Assembly (NCBI GenBank): GCA_018268755.1
Contig: JAFDVW010000018.1
Location: 46,791-110,790, forward strand
DNA length: 64,000 nt
Direction of reading: 5' to 3'
Origin: Acidobacteriota bacterium
GTDB lineage: Bacteria; Acidobacteriota; Terriglobia; Terriglobales; Acidobacteriaceae
Part shown: positions 7,414-16,226 of the stretch, piece after piece
Position numbering within the stretch: position 1 is the stretch's first letter
Layout: every line of letters starts with the position of its first letter
Translations under genes and position numbers: made by a program
The notes under the pieces: generated by a model
What the model saw: only the letters and a program-made list of their open reading frames with translations
Told to the model about the DNA's origin: nothing
The model's database searches: none

Positions 7414-8736
7414 ATGCTTAGACTGGCAAGGCTGCAACGCGCGGTAATCATCCTTACGCTTCTTCTTTTGCTTTGTCTTTCGCTAACGCCGGTACAGGCG
7501 CAGGCGGGGCCCGCAACGATCCTTCTCCAGGCGGGCAGTATGCTGGACGTCCGCAATGGAAAGCTGCTCAGTGATCAGGCCATCCTGATTGTGGGCGACA
7601 AAATCGCCGAGATTGGCCCGGCGGCGGAGATCAGTAAACGCGCTCCCGCCACGGCCACGCGCATCCACCTCCCTGGTCTCACCCTGCTTCCCGGCATGAT
7701 CGACTGCCATGCCCACGTGCTGGGCAATCTGGAGGACCTCTCCGCCACCGGGCAACTGCGCATGTCGTCGGCACAGCTGGCGCTGTGGGGATACCACAAC
7801 CTGCAAATCTGGCTGGAACACGGCTTCACCACGCTGCGTGATGCCGCCGAGGCTGACCTCTCCTACGCGCAGTTTGCCTTGCGCGACAGCATCCAGATGG
7901 GGCTGATTCGCGGGCCGCGCATGGTTTCGGCCGGCAACTACATTTCGGTCACGGGCGGACATGGTGATGCGGACGTTCTTTCCGTGGACAATGCCCTGCC
8001 CCGGCGTCCCAACCTGACCGACAGCGTCGCCGACGTGGGTCCGGCGGTGCGGCACGACATCAAGTATGGGGCCGACTGGATCAAGCTGATTGCCACCGGC
8101 GGCATCTCCGACCCCATCAGCGATTTCAATGTGCAGGAGATGAGCGAAGAGCAGATGCGAGAGGCGGTCACGGTGGCCCATCGCGCGCACAAAAAAGTAA
8201 TGGCCCACGCCGAGGGCGCAGACGGCATCAAGGCGGCGGTGCGGGCGGGCGTCGATTCCATTGAACACGGCACCATGCTTGACGAAGAAGGCGCGGCCCT
8301 CATGGCGAAAAATGGCACGTGGCTGGTGCCCACGGTTTCGGTATTCCAACGCTACACCCAAATTGGCAGCGAGAGCGGGCTGGACCCGGTGGCGCTCGAA
8401 AAATCGCGCACCATCATTCGCTATCTCTCGGCCGCCTTCCAGAACGCGCTCAAGTACAAAGTGAAGATCGCCTTCGGGCTGGATGACGAGCCGCGCTTCC
8501 TGCCACGCGAACTGCCCGCCATGGTGGGCGAAGGCTTGAAGCCGATGGAGGCGTTGCAGGCGGCCACCGCCAACGCCGCAGAACTTCTGGGAATGTCGGA
8601 CCAGATCGGCACACTGGAGAAGGGCAAGTTCGCCGACATCATCGCGGTTTCCGGAGATCCGACGAAGGATATCGGCGTGATGAGCAAGGTGCTGTTTGTG
8701 ATGAAGGGCGGCGAGGTAATCAAGCAGCCGAAATGA
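7414..8736 (+). CDS. secreted amidohydrolase family protein (metal-dependent hydrolase)
   Basis: Signal peptide MLRLARLQRAVIILTLLLLLCLSLTPVQAQA. HxH motif (IDCHAHV), with later KLIATGG and MAHAEG segments typical of PF01979-type amidohydrolases. Start moved to the ATG at 7414. Confidence 0.85.
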   Translation: MLRLARLQRAVIILTLLLLLCLSLTPVQAQAGPATILLQAGSMLDVRNGKLLSDQAILIVGDKIAEIGPAAEISKRAPATATRIHLPGLTLLPGMIDCHAHVLGNLEDLSATGQLRMSSAQLALWGYHNLQIWLEHGFTTLRDAAEADLSYAQFALRDSIQMGLIRGPRMVSAGNYISVTGGHGDADVLSVDNALPRRPNLTDSVADVGPAVRHDIKYGADWIKLIATGGISDPISDFNVQEMSEEQMREAVTVAHRAHKKVMAHAEGADGIKAAVRAGVDSIEHGTMLDEEGAALMAKNGTWLVPTVSVFQRYTQIGSESGLDPVALEKSRTIIRYLSAAFQNALKYKVKIAFGLDDEPRFLPRELPAMVGEGLKPMEALQAATANAAELLGMSDQIGTLEKGKFADIIAVSGDPTKDIGVMSKVLFVMKGGEVIKQPK

Positions 8737-9115
8737 GGGTAGGGATCCTTCGACTGGCTTGGGCTTGCTGCGCCAGCCCAAGCTTCGCTCAGGATGACAA
8801 CGGGGATGTAGCAGGGATCCTTCGACTGGCCTGGGCTTGCCGCGCCAGCCCAAGCTTCGCTCAGGATGACATGGGGATAAAGAGAGGACGAGGTTTCAGA
8901 ATAGAAGACGCCGTCATCCCTTACTTCCTTTCCTTATTGTCATTCTGAGCGGAGCTAGGCCTTCGCCGCGCGAAGGCATGCGCAGTCGAAGAACCCCTAC
9001 TTGTCAGGAATATTTACGGGCCGCGCAACGCAGGGTCAGTACTGGCGGTAGGGATCCTTCGACTTGTCTGGGCTTGCTGCGCAAGTCCAGACTTCGCTCA
9101 GGATGACAAGAGGGT
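8737..9115. repeat. array of four REP-like units (family A: GGGATCCTTCGAC-hairpin-TTCGCTCAGGATGAC), three forward and one inverted
   Basis: Units at ~8737-8795, ~8808-8875 and ~9048-9115 are forward. The unit at ~8911-9007 is inverted (GTCATTCTGAGCG...CAGTCGAAGAACCCC). Each unit has an internal stem, e.g. GCTTGGGCT../..AGCCCAAGC or GCCTTCG/CGAAGGC. The array lies between convergent genes. Confidence 0.8.
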
Positions 9116-9162
9116 AAACGCCCCTCGACCCGCGCGAGAGGGCACGATCACCATCCCGTCCA

Positions 9163-10740
9163 TCAATCTGACTTTGGCCTCGCCTTCAGCGCGCGGATGA
9201 GATAATCCGCAGTCAGCTTTTCTCCCGTGCCTTCGAGCATGATCTGGTCGAGCGTCAAGCTTCCGCCGCGAACCAGAAACTTGTCGTGCAGATAGTTCCC
9301 TGCTTCCGCGCCCCATACCCGCCCAAATTTCCGGTCGAGCGTGTGGTGCACTTGATAGCCGAACATTTCTCCCAGAACGTAGTTCTGCTCGTAAACCGGG
9401 ACCGCGAAATAGAATGGAACGTAGCCCCAGATGGCAGCCCCGTGGCAATCCACATTCAGGTACTTCGAGCAGATGCGGTCGTGCACTGCGGTCAGGTCCT
9501 GGTCCGGGTTGTTATAGGCCTCCAACTCGAACTCCGAGTGCAGCATGAGCACGCGCAGGTCATAGTTTGACTGCAGGCGGCGGCGCTCCACCAAAGCCTT
9601 GGAGTCCTCCGGGGAAAGTCCATAAATCGTGGTGGAGATTTCCGGGCGGAACAGCATCAGCGACAAGGTCTGCCCCAGGCCTTCATCCATGGGCGGAGGA
9701 TAATTTTCCCGCAGAATGTAGGAAGGCTCCCGCACGAAGCTGAAGTGAAGCGCGTGGCCGGCCTCGTGCAGCATGGTGTCCACAAAGAGCACGCCCTGGT
9801 GATTGCTCACCAGCATTTTGATTTCTTTACCATACCAGATCGGCATGGTGTAACCGCCGAAGGTGATGTCGGTGATCTTCACTTCAACCGGCAGCTTCTT
9901 AAAGTCGAAGCCCAGAACCGCCGGCACCCTTGTCGTCTGCTCCCAGGTGCTTTCCGCCTTCATTTTGGCTTCGATGCCCGGAGTCAGCGTGGAGAAGTAA
10001 TACTCCAGGTCCCAGGCTTCGACTGTCTCCACGCCCAAGTCCTTTTTTACGCGGGCCAGCAGTTCGAGATACTCCGGCTGGGTGGCGCTGCGGATTTGCT
10101 CATACCAGCGCAGCACGCTGGCGCGATCGGTGGCGCGGCGCTGCAACATGAAGTCGGGGTAACTCTGTCCGGTATAGCGCTGGGCCAATTGGTTACGCAG
10201 CTTCATGGCCTGACGCAGGCGGTCGCCCATGAGTTTGGTGTGGTCAGCTTTGGCATACCACGCCTCGCGGCGCAGATCGCGGTCGGCCTCGTGTCCCAGA
10301 ACATTGTCGAGCTCGGGGCGGTCGAGCTGCTTTCCGCCGATGGTGTAGCGCAGGGCGCTGCTGTCTTTGCGGATGGATTCAATGATCTTGACCAGTCCGG
10401 CATCGGTCGAGATCTGCGAGTCGCGGGCCGCCGCCAGGAAGAGTAACCGCCGCCGCTGCCAGATAGGATCGGAAAACCGCGCGCCCTCCAGCTGCTTGAG
10501 AAAAGCAGGATCATTCACCACTTGGCGGATGCGTGCCTCCACTTCCTGATTGGAGACGCCGGCGATGCCCTGTTCAATCTGATATTGGTTCAGCCAGTAT
10601 TTGGCATTGAGTGCTTCCAACTCATTTTCTTTGGCGTCGAGTGTGGACTGGACGGGGCTGAGATTTGCAGCAAAGGCGGCGGTGGCAAAGAGCAGGACCC
10701 AAATGACCCGGAGTAGCATAGCGCCACAGTGTATGGGCAC
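9163..10740 (-). CDS. secreted zinc metallopeptidase, M3 (oligoendopeptidase F-like) family
   Basis: HEXXH motif (MLHEAGHALHF) at the position expected for M3-type enzymes. Hydrophobic N-terminal signal (MLLRVIWVLLFATAAFA). The start could be the Met 7 codons downstream. Confidence 0.7.
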   Translation of the reverse strand: MPIHCGAMLLRVIWVLLFATAAFAANLSPVQSTLDAKENELEALNAKYWLNQYQIEQGIAGVSNQEVEARIRQVVNDPAFLKQLEGARFSDPIWQRRRLLFLAAARDSQISTDAGLVKIIESIRKDSSALRYTIGGKQLDRPELDNVLGHEADRDLRREAWYAKADHTKLMGDRLRQAMKLRNQLAQRYTGQSYPDFMLQRRATDRASVLRWYEQIRSATQPEYLELLARVKKDLGVETVEAWDLEYYFSTLTPGIEAKMKAESTWEQTTRVPAVLGFDFKKLPVEVKITDITFGGYTMPIWYGKEIKMLVSNHQGVLFVDTMLHEAGHALHFSFVREPSYILRENYPPPMDEGLGQTLSLMLFRPEISTTIYGLSPEDSKALVERRRLQSNYDLRVLMLHSEFELEAYNNPDQDLTAVHDRICSKYLNVDCHGAAIWGYVPFYFAVPVYEQNYVLGEMFGYQVHHTLDRKFGRVWGAEAGNYLHDKFLVRGGSLTLDQIMLEGTGEKLTADYLIRALKARPKSD

Positions 10741-10786
10741 ACCCTACGCTTGTCTACGCAAAGTCGCATGCGGCCGGACCCGCCCA

Positions 10787-12646
10787 TTAGAAATCAATCA
10801 GGTTTCGGGTAGGCAGCGCTACGCGGACCGCGTTGATGACCGCGGCAAAGTCAATGACTTCCTGTAACACCGCTCCTTCGAGTGGGGGCAAATAGCCGGC
10901 CGCAGCGGCGACCATGCCCAGTAGACTGGCCGCCATGCCTCCCAGAGCGCTTTGCAGGGCAATGGAGCGCATGCGATGGCTGATGTGCAGGAGTTCATCC
11001 ACACGTTCCAGCGAAGTGGTCAAAATCACGGCATCGGCGGCCTCGGAAGTGATGTCGCTGTTGGCGCCAAACGCCACCCCCACCGTGGCCGCCATCAAAG
11101 CGGGCGCGTCGTTGATTCCGTCTCCGATGAACAGGGTGCGGGCCTGCCCGGTCTCGCGGGTTACGATCTCGACTTTCTGTTCTGGAGTCTGGCCGGCATA
11201 AATTTCGGTGATGCCCACCTGCTCGGCAAGGTAACGAACTTCCGACTCGCGGTCGCCGGAAACCAGAATCACGCGCCCCATGTTGTGGCGGGGGCCGAGA
11301 TGATGCAGAAACGGCCTGGTGTCATGGCGTGGGGCGTCACGGAATTGCAAAGCACCCGCGTATTGCTCATCGACAAAGACCAGACACTCCAGTCCTGAAG
11401 CTGGCGGGGGAAGACCGGGCAAGGCGGGAGCCACTTTGTCCCGCCCGGTAATGCGCACCAGATGTTCGCCCACTCGCCCCTGCAAGCCCTGCCCCGGCTT
11501 TTCCTGGACGGAGCGGACCTCCAGTGGCGCCACGTCTTCTGCGCGCGCGGCCTGGGTCACGGCGGCGGCCAGCGGATGCTTGGAGAACTGCTCCAGGCTG
11601 GCCGTCAGTTGCAAAAGCGATTTGCGCTCCCACCCGGGCGCGCACAATATCTCCGTTACGCTGGGCTTGCCGTAAGTCAGGGTTCCAGTCTTGTCGAAGA
11701 TCAAGGTGCGGCAAGTGACAATCTGCTCCAGGGCCGCAGGGTTCTTAATAAGGATACCGTGCTTGGCGGAGAGTGAGATGGCCCCAATGACGGCTACGGG
11801 AATTGCCAGAATCAAGGGACAGGGCGTCGCCACTACGACCACGGCCAGGAAGCGCAGCGGGTTGCCCGACACCAGCCAGGTGAGGGCCGCCAGAATCACC
11901 GCCACCGGGGTATACCACGCCCCCAGCAAATCTCCGAGCCGCCGCAGGCGCGGACGCTTTTCCTGGGTCTGCTCCATGACCTGCATGATTTTTGCGTATC
12001 GCGAATCCACCGCGAGTTTTTCGGCTTCCACGATCAATGCGGCTTCGCCATTGATGGCCCCGGAAAGCACCTTGGAGCCCGGGGCTTTGGAAATTTGAAA
12101 TGGCTCCCCGGTCAGGTAGGACTCATCCATGACTCCCTGGCCTTCTCGAACTATGCCATCCACCGGACAAATTTCGTGGGGGAAGATCACCAGCGTGTCC
12201 CCTACCTGCACCTCGTCCAACTTCAGATCTTGCACCGCGCCTCCCTGCCGGCGGTGTGCGATCTGGGGCATGCGCCGGGCAAGAGCATCCAGTACGGATG
12301 AGGCCCGGCGCGTGGCCAGCTGCTCCAGGGCCGCGCCTCCAGAGAGCATGAGCACAATAATGGTCCCTACCAGATGCTCGCCCAACAGTACGGAAGAAAT
12401 GATGGAGATTCCCGCCAGCAGATCGGAACCAAACTCCCGCGCCCACAGCTTCTTGGCCAACATGGCCAGAATGGGGACTCCCCCCGCCGCCAATACAACA
12501 ACAAGGGGGGCCAGCCAGACCAGGTGGGCGGCGTGGACCCCATAGCGCAGCACCAGATGCGTGGCGATGCCGGCCAAAGCTAACACTGCAATCCAGGTTT
12601 CGCGGGAGACGACGTTTTTGGCGGGGCTTTCTCTTGCAGAAGACAT
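10787..12646 (-). CDS. P1B-type heavy-metal translocating ATPase lacking an N-terminal metal-binding domain (TPCP motif)
   Basis: Motifs present: DKTGTLT phosphorylation site, TGEP, GDGINDAPAL. The TM motif is ATPCPLILAIP. The N-terminus enters TM helices directly with no CxxC/HMA domain. Confidence 0.9.
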   Translation of the reverse strand: MSSARESPAKNVVSRETWIAVLALAGIATHLVLRYGVHAAHLVWLAPLVVVLAAGGVPILAMLAKKLWAREFGSDLLAGISIISSVLLGEHLVGTIIVLMLSGGAALEQLATRRASSVLDALARRMPQIAHRRQGGAVQDLKLDEVQVGDTLVIFPHEICPVDGIVREGQGVMDESYLTGEPFQISKAPGSKVLSGAINGEAALIVEAEKLAVDSRYAKIMQVMEQTQEKRPRLRRLGDLLGAWYTPVAVILAALTWLVSGNPLRFLAVVVVATPCPLILAIPVAVIGAISLSAKHGILIKNPAALEQIVTCRTLIFDKTGTLTYGKPSVTEILCAPGWERKSLLQLTASLEQFSKHPLAAAVTQAARAEDVAPLEVRSVQEKPGQGLQGRVGEHLVRITGRDKVAPALPGLPPPASGLECLVFVDEQYAGALQFRDAPRHDTRPFLHHLGPRHNMGRVILVSGDRESEVRYLAEQVGITEIYAGQTPEQKVEIVTRETGQARTLFIGDGINDAPALMAATVGVAFGANSDITSEAADAVILTTSLERVDELLHISHRMRSIALQSALGGMAASLLGMVAAAAGYLPPLEGAVLQEVIDFAAVINAVRVALPTRNLIDF

Positions 12647-12724
12647 GGAGAAGGTCCATGTATAGGGACGGCGGCTTATGCCGTAGTTCCACCCGCAGTA
12701 TAGACCCCTGCTTTACGATTTACC

Positions 12725-12762
12725 TAAGAAGAAGAAATCGGTCTGCGGTGAAAAGCAGACCG
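12725..12762 (-). terminator. rho-independent terminator after the small membrane-protein gene
   Basis: Minus strand reads CGGTCTGC-TTTTCACC-GCAGACCG (8-bp stem) followed by ATTTCTTCTTCTT, about 45 nt after the stop at 12806. Confidence 0.5.
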
Positions 12763-12805
12763 AAGGAAATGGGGTGGGAGGGCTCTTGCTCAAAAACCGA
12801 ACTAC

Positions 12806-13003
12806 CTAGAGACTCACGGAAGTAAGGTGTTCCTGCCTGGAGACACCCACGGGTTCCGGCTGCTCATCTTTTTGGAAAACTTCGTTCGCATCTTCGATGG
12901 TGGTGAGAAGCACCACGATCATCGACCCGACAATTCCCAGGGCAAACATAGCTTCCACGGCGTAGATCGCGATATTGATCAGATGAGTCATGCGCCAAGC
13001 CAC
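12806..13003 (-). CDS. small hydrophobic membrane protein, hypothetical
   Basis: One clear TM segment (INIAIYAVEAMFALGIVGSMIVVLLTTI) and its own downstream terminator. The start is uncertain: GTG at 13003 or ATG at 12991. Confidence 0.45.
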   Translation of the reverse strand: MAWRMTHLINIAIYAVEAMFALGIVGSMIVVLLTTIEDANEVFQKDEQPEPVGVSRQEHLTSVSL

Positions 13004-13251
13004 TTGCTCTCTCTATTGCAAAGCCTGACGCATAAAAATGGGCTAAAGGGTTTATAAAGAATTTATAAAGAGAGGGAGATTCCGCCTTTCGCCCGCTTTG
13101 GAGTTTCCCGCTAAAGCCCCGGATCGAATTGCTTTAGCCAACCTGCGCCAGAGTCCGGAGTAGAGCAAAGGAGGGCCCGGATCGTGATATTCTTATAGTC
13201 AGTTAGCTGCGACCCGCCCAAGTCGGCAATCCCCGCAGTTCCCGAGAAAAA

Positions 13252-14886
13252 ATGCTTTCAGTCAGCAATGTGTCCATGCGCTACGGCGCCAAGATTTTGT
13301 TTGAAGAAGTGTCCACGGGCTTCTCGCCGGGAAAGCGCTACGGCCTGACCGGGCCCAATGGCGCGGGCAAGTCCACGTTCATGAAGCTCCTGACCGGAGA
13401 GCTGGAACCGCAAAAAGGCACCGTGGTGCGTCCGCGCAAGCTGGGTGTGTTGAGCCAGGACCAGTTTGCCTTTGACGCCTTCCGCGTGGTCGACACCGTC
13501 ATCATGGGCAACCGGCGCCTGTGGAATGCCCTCTCCGAGCGCGACCACATTTATGAGAAGCCCGAGCTCAGCGATGAAGATGGCATGAAGCTGGGTGAGC
13601 TGGAAGGTATTATCGGCGAAGAAGACGGCTATTCCGCCGAAAGCGATGCCGCCATTTTGCTGCAAGGGCTGGATATCGCCGACGAACTGCACGAACGCAA
13701 AATGAGCGAGCTGCAAGGCGGACAAAAGGTCCGCGTGCTGCTGGCGCAGGCCCTGTTCGGACATCCCCAGGCCCTGCTGCTCGACGAGCCTACCAACCAC
13801 CTCGATCTGGACTCCATCCACTGGTTGCAGGGCTTCCTGAACCAGTATGACGGCATTCTGGTGGTGATCTCGCACGACCGCCACTTCCTCAACAGCGTCT
13901 GCACCCATATCGCCGATATCGACTACGAGACCATCATCACCTATACCGGCAGCTATGACGATATGGTGGTGGCCAAGACACAGATCCGCTCGCAGATCGA
14001 ATCGCAGAACGCGCAGCGCGAAAAGAAGATCGCGCAGTTGAATGAGTTCATTGCGCGCTTCGCCGCCGGCACGCGCTCCAGCCAGGTGCAGTCGCGGCGC
14101 AAGGAAGTCGAGCGCCTGCAGGTGACGGACCTGGCGCGCTCCAACATTCAACGTCCCTTCATCAAGTTTGAACAGAAGCGCCCCTCGGGCAAGCACATCC
14201 TGGAGATTGAGGGCGTCAGCAAGGCCTACGGCGACAATGGCATCATCAACAACTTCACCGCCAGCATCGTGCGCGGCGAAAAGATCGCGCTGATGGGCCG
14301 CAACGGGGCCGGCAAAACCACGCTACTCAATGCCCTCTTGGCCAATTCCCCCACCATTCCCGCATCTGAACTGCGCAAGACCAGCGGCTATGACGGGACG
14401 TTTCTGGAAGCAGGCAAGGTGATCTGGGGACATGAAGCTTCGGTCGGCTACTTCGCCCAGGACCACAAAGCCCTGGTGGAGAACGGCACCACGGCCTTCG
14501 AGTGGCTGCACCAATGGGAGCCGGGAGCTTCCAACGAAGAAATCCGCGGGCTGCTGGGACAGATGCTCTTTCAACGCGAGGACGGCAATAAACGCACCGA
14601 AGTGCTCTCCGGCGGTGAGGCGGCACGCCTGTTGTTCTGCAAGCTCATGCTGCAGAAACCGAATGTGCTGGTCTTCGACGAACCCACCAACCACCTGGAC
14701 CTCGAATCCATCAACGCCTTGAACATCGCTTTGCAGCGTTATCAGGGCACGGTGCTGCTGGTGAGCCATGACCACGACTTGATTGATGAAGTGGCGACGC
14801 GCATCTGGCACTTCGAGAGCACGCACACCATCACCGACTTCAAGGGATCCTACGAGGAGTATCAGGGGGCGGTGGTTTCGAGTTAG
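13252..14886 (+). CDS. ybiT: ABC-F family ATPase (YbiT-like)
   Basis: Two ABC cassettes with Walker A GPNGAGKST and GRNGAGKTT, signatures LQGGQKVRV and LSGGEAARL, and no TM domain. Collinear with my memory of E. coli YbiT, e.g. QDQFAF, VIMG and ISHDRHFLN.VCTH blocks. Confidence 0.88.
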   Translation: MLSVSNVSMRYGAKILFEEVSTGFSPGKRYGLTGPNGAGKSTFMKLLTGELEPQKGTVVRPRKLGVLSQDQFAFDAFRVVDTVIMGNRRLWNALSERDHIYEKPELSDEDGMKLGELEGIIGEEDGYSAESDAAILLQGLDIADELHERKMSELQGGQKVRVLLAQALFGHPQALLLDEPTNHLDLDSIHWLQGFLNQYDGILVVISHDRHFLNSVCTHIADIDYETIITYTGSYDDMVVAKTQIRSQIESQNAQREKKIAQLNEFIARFAAGTRSSQVQSRRKEVERLQVTDLARSNIQRPFIKFEQKRPSGKHILEIEGVSKAYGDNGIINNFTASIVRGEKIALMGRNGAGKTTLLNALLANSPTIPASELRKTSGYDGTFLEAGKVIWGHEASVGYFAQDHKALVENGTTAFEWLHQWEPGASNEEIRGLLGQMLFQREDGNKRTEVLSGGEAARLLFCKLMLQKPNVLVFDEPTNHLDLESINALNIALQRYQGTVLLVSHDHDLIDEVATRIWHFESTHTITDFKGSYEEYQGAVVSS

Positions 14887-14916
14887 GTTCGAACCTAGTT
14901 TCCAGAAAATCTTAAA

Positions 14917-15120
14917 CCGCAGAGGGCGCGGAGCACGCAGAGAAAGTTGAGTTATCGAAACCTCTGTGGAACTCTGTGTTCTCTGTGGTTGCTTTTTGTT
15001 CCGCAACTCCTTACCACAGAGGGCACAGAGTTTCACGGAGAAGTGCCCGATTCTTTGTCGAGTTGCGCTCGACCGGACAGAGCTTGCCCTGAGCACTGTC
15101 GAAGGGGCGGCTGTCCCTAC
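14917..15120. repeat. REP-like units: family C (CTCTGTGGAACTCTGTG...CCACAGAGG.CACAGA) plus a hairpin-less family-A fragment
   Basis: Half unit at 14917-14942. Full unit with 27-nt imperfect inverted arms at 14962-14988 and 15014-15040. CCTGAGCACTGTCGAAGGGGC...CCCTAC at 15088-15120 resembles the ends of the inverted family-A unit. Confidence 0.7.
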
Positions 15121-15133
15121 GCAAACCTTATGT

Positions 15134-16204
15134 TTACTCTGTCACCGTCTTTGTAGTCACGGGCTCTTCTGTCTTTTGAAATTTCCAGAAGATGGCATGG
15201 GCCAGGAATGCCAGGACCCCGCCCAGCAAGGTATTGATCACGCGGTGCTCCACCACAATATTCTCCTGCAGTCCGGAAAACGCCAGCAAGAAGACCACGT
15301 AAGAAGTGACGCAGACGGAATACACCGCGTAATTGGCAAACACGATCGAGTGGCACAGAAAGGCGAAGAGGGTGATGAGCGTGGCATAGACGCCGGGGGC
15401 GTGGCGCAGGTGCGCCGCAATCAGCGACGCCACCACCGCTCCCACCAGGGTCCCGGCAATGCGGGCCAGCCCGCGCTCATAGGTCTGACGGAAATCCGGC
15501 TTCATGACAATGGCGGCGGTCATGGGGATCCAGTAGCCATTCTCGACTTGCAGCCACCAACAGAGGCTGGCGGCCGCCGCCATGGTCACAGCAGCCCGCA
15601 CTGCGTAAGCGCCGGAGTGCGACTCGGGGTGGAATGAATTGGCGATCCCCTGGATCGAAGTCTCCGCTTCCTGCGGTCCGACCCCGCCGAAAGCCGGGGT
15701 TTCCACGCGCTCCAGCTTCCAGAATCCCACCACAAACAAGGTCTGCAGCAGACCGCCCAAAAGCATAAAGACGCCGCGCTGCAAGGCGTGACTCCCACTC
15801 GCGGGATAGGCGGTGGAGATGATCAACCAAATGACACATTGCAAGGCCACCCAGGAAGCCCCGGGGCTCAAGGCGGAGATGCCGCCATACAGGAACGCCC
15901 AGGCGCTGGTCAGCAGCACCGAGCCAATTCTGGAGAACCCCACCAGTGTGCCAATCCAGCTGGAGACGCAAATGCCTAAACTCGCATACAGCATGGGCGC
16001 TTTGCGCGAGCGGTAGAGTTCCTGAAAGGAGCCGAAACCCACCCCAAAGGCGCCTGCCGCCATCATGCTCCCCTGGCGGGGATGATCCAGCAGAATTCCG
16101 ACTACTAGTGGCAGCAGAATGGCGGGCGTGCAGCGCAACGCGGCCCGAGGATGAAACTTGGGCCAATCTACCTTAAGGATGGTCCGGGCCAGGTCCCGCA
16201 GCAT
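15134..16204 (-). CDS. FUSC/aromatic-acid-exporter-like integral membrane protein
   Basis: 356 aa and multi-TM. The N-terminal pattern (ALRCTPAILLPLVVGILL...GSMMAAGAFGVGFG) is typical of FUSC/YccS-type proteins. Confidence 0.65.
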   Translation of the reverse strand: MLRDLARTILKVDWPKFHPRAALRCTPAILLPLVVGILLDHPRQGSMMAAGAFGVGFGSFQELYRSRKAPMLYASLGICVSSWIGTLVGFSRIGSVLLTSAWAFLYGGISALSPGASWVALQCVIWLIISTAYPASGSHALQRGVFMLLGGLLQTLFVVGFWKLERVETPAFGGVGPQEAETSIQGIANSFHPESHSGAYAVRAAVTMAAAASLCWWLQVENGYWIPMTAAIVMKPDFRQTYERGLARIAGTLVGAVVASLIAAHLRHAPGVYATLITLFAFLCHSIVFANYAVYSVCVTSYVVFLLAFSGLQENIVVEHRVINTLLGGVLAFLAHAIFWKFQKTEEPVTTKTVTE

Positions 16205-16226
16205 GACGGTGTCGCAATATCCTACG

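Noticed and set aside
8737-9115. Possible CRISPR array suggested by the regularly repeated ~60-bp units
   Set aside because: The units have strong internal palindromes, mixed orientation, irregular spacing and near-zero unique spacers. The same family occurs singly elsewhere (28008-28136), and no cas genes are present.
14884-14897. TAGGTTCGAACCTA, reminiscent of a tRNA T-arm (GGTTCGAA)
   Set aside because: It is a loop-less 14-bp palindrome overlapping the ybiT stop codon. No acceptor, D or anticodon arm can be built from the flanks, which are REP units.
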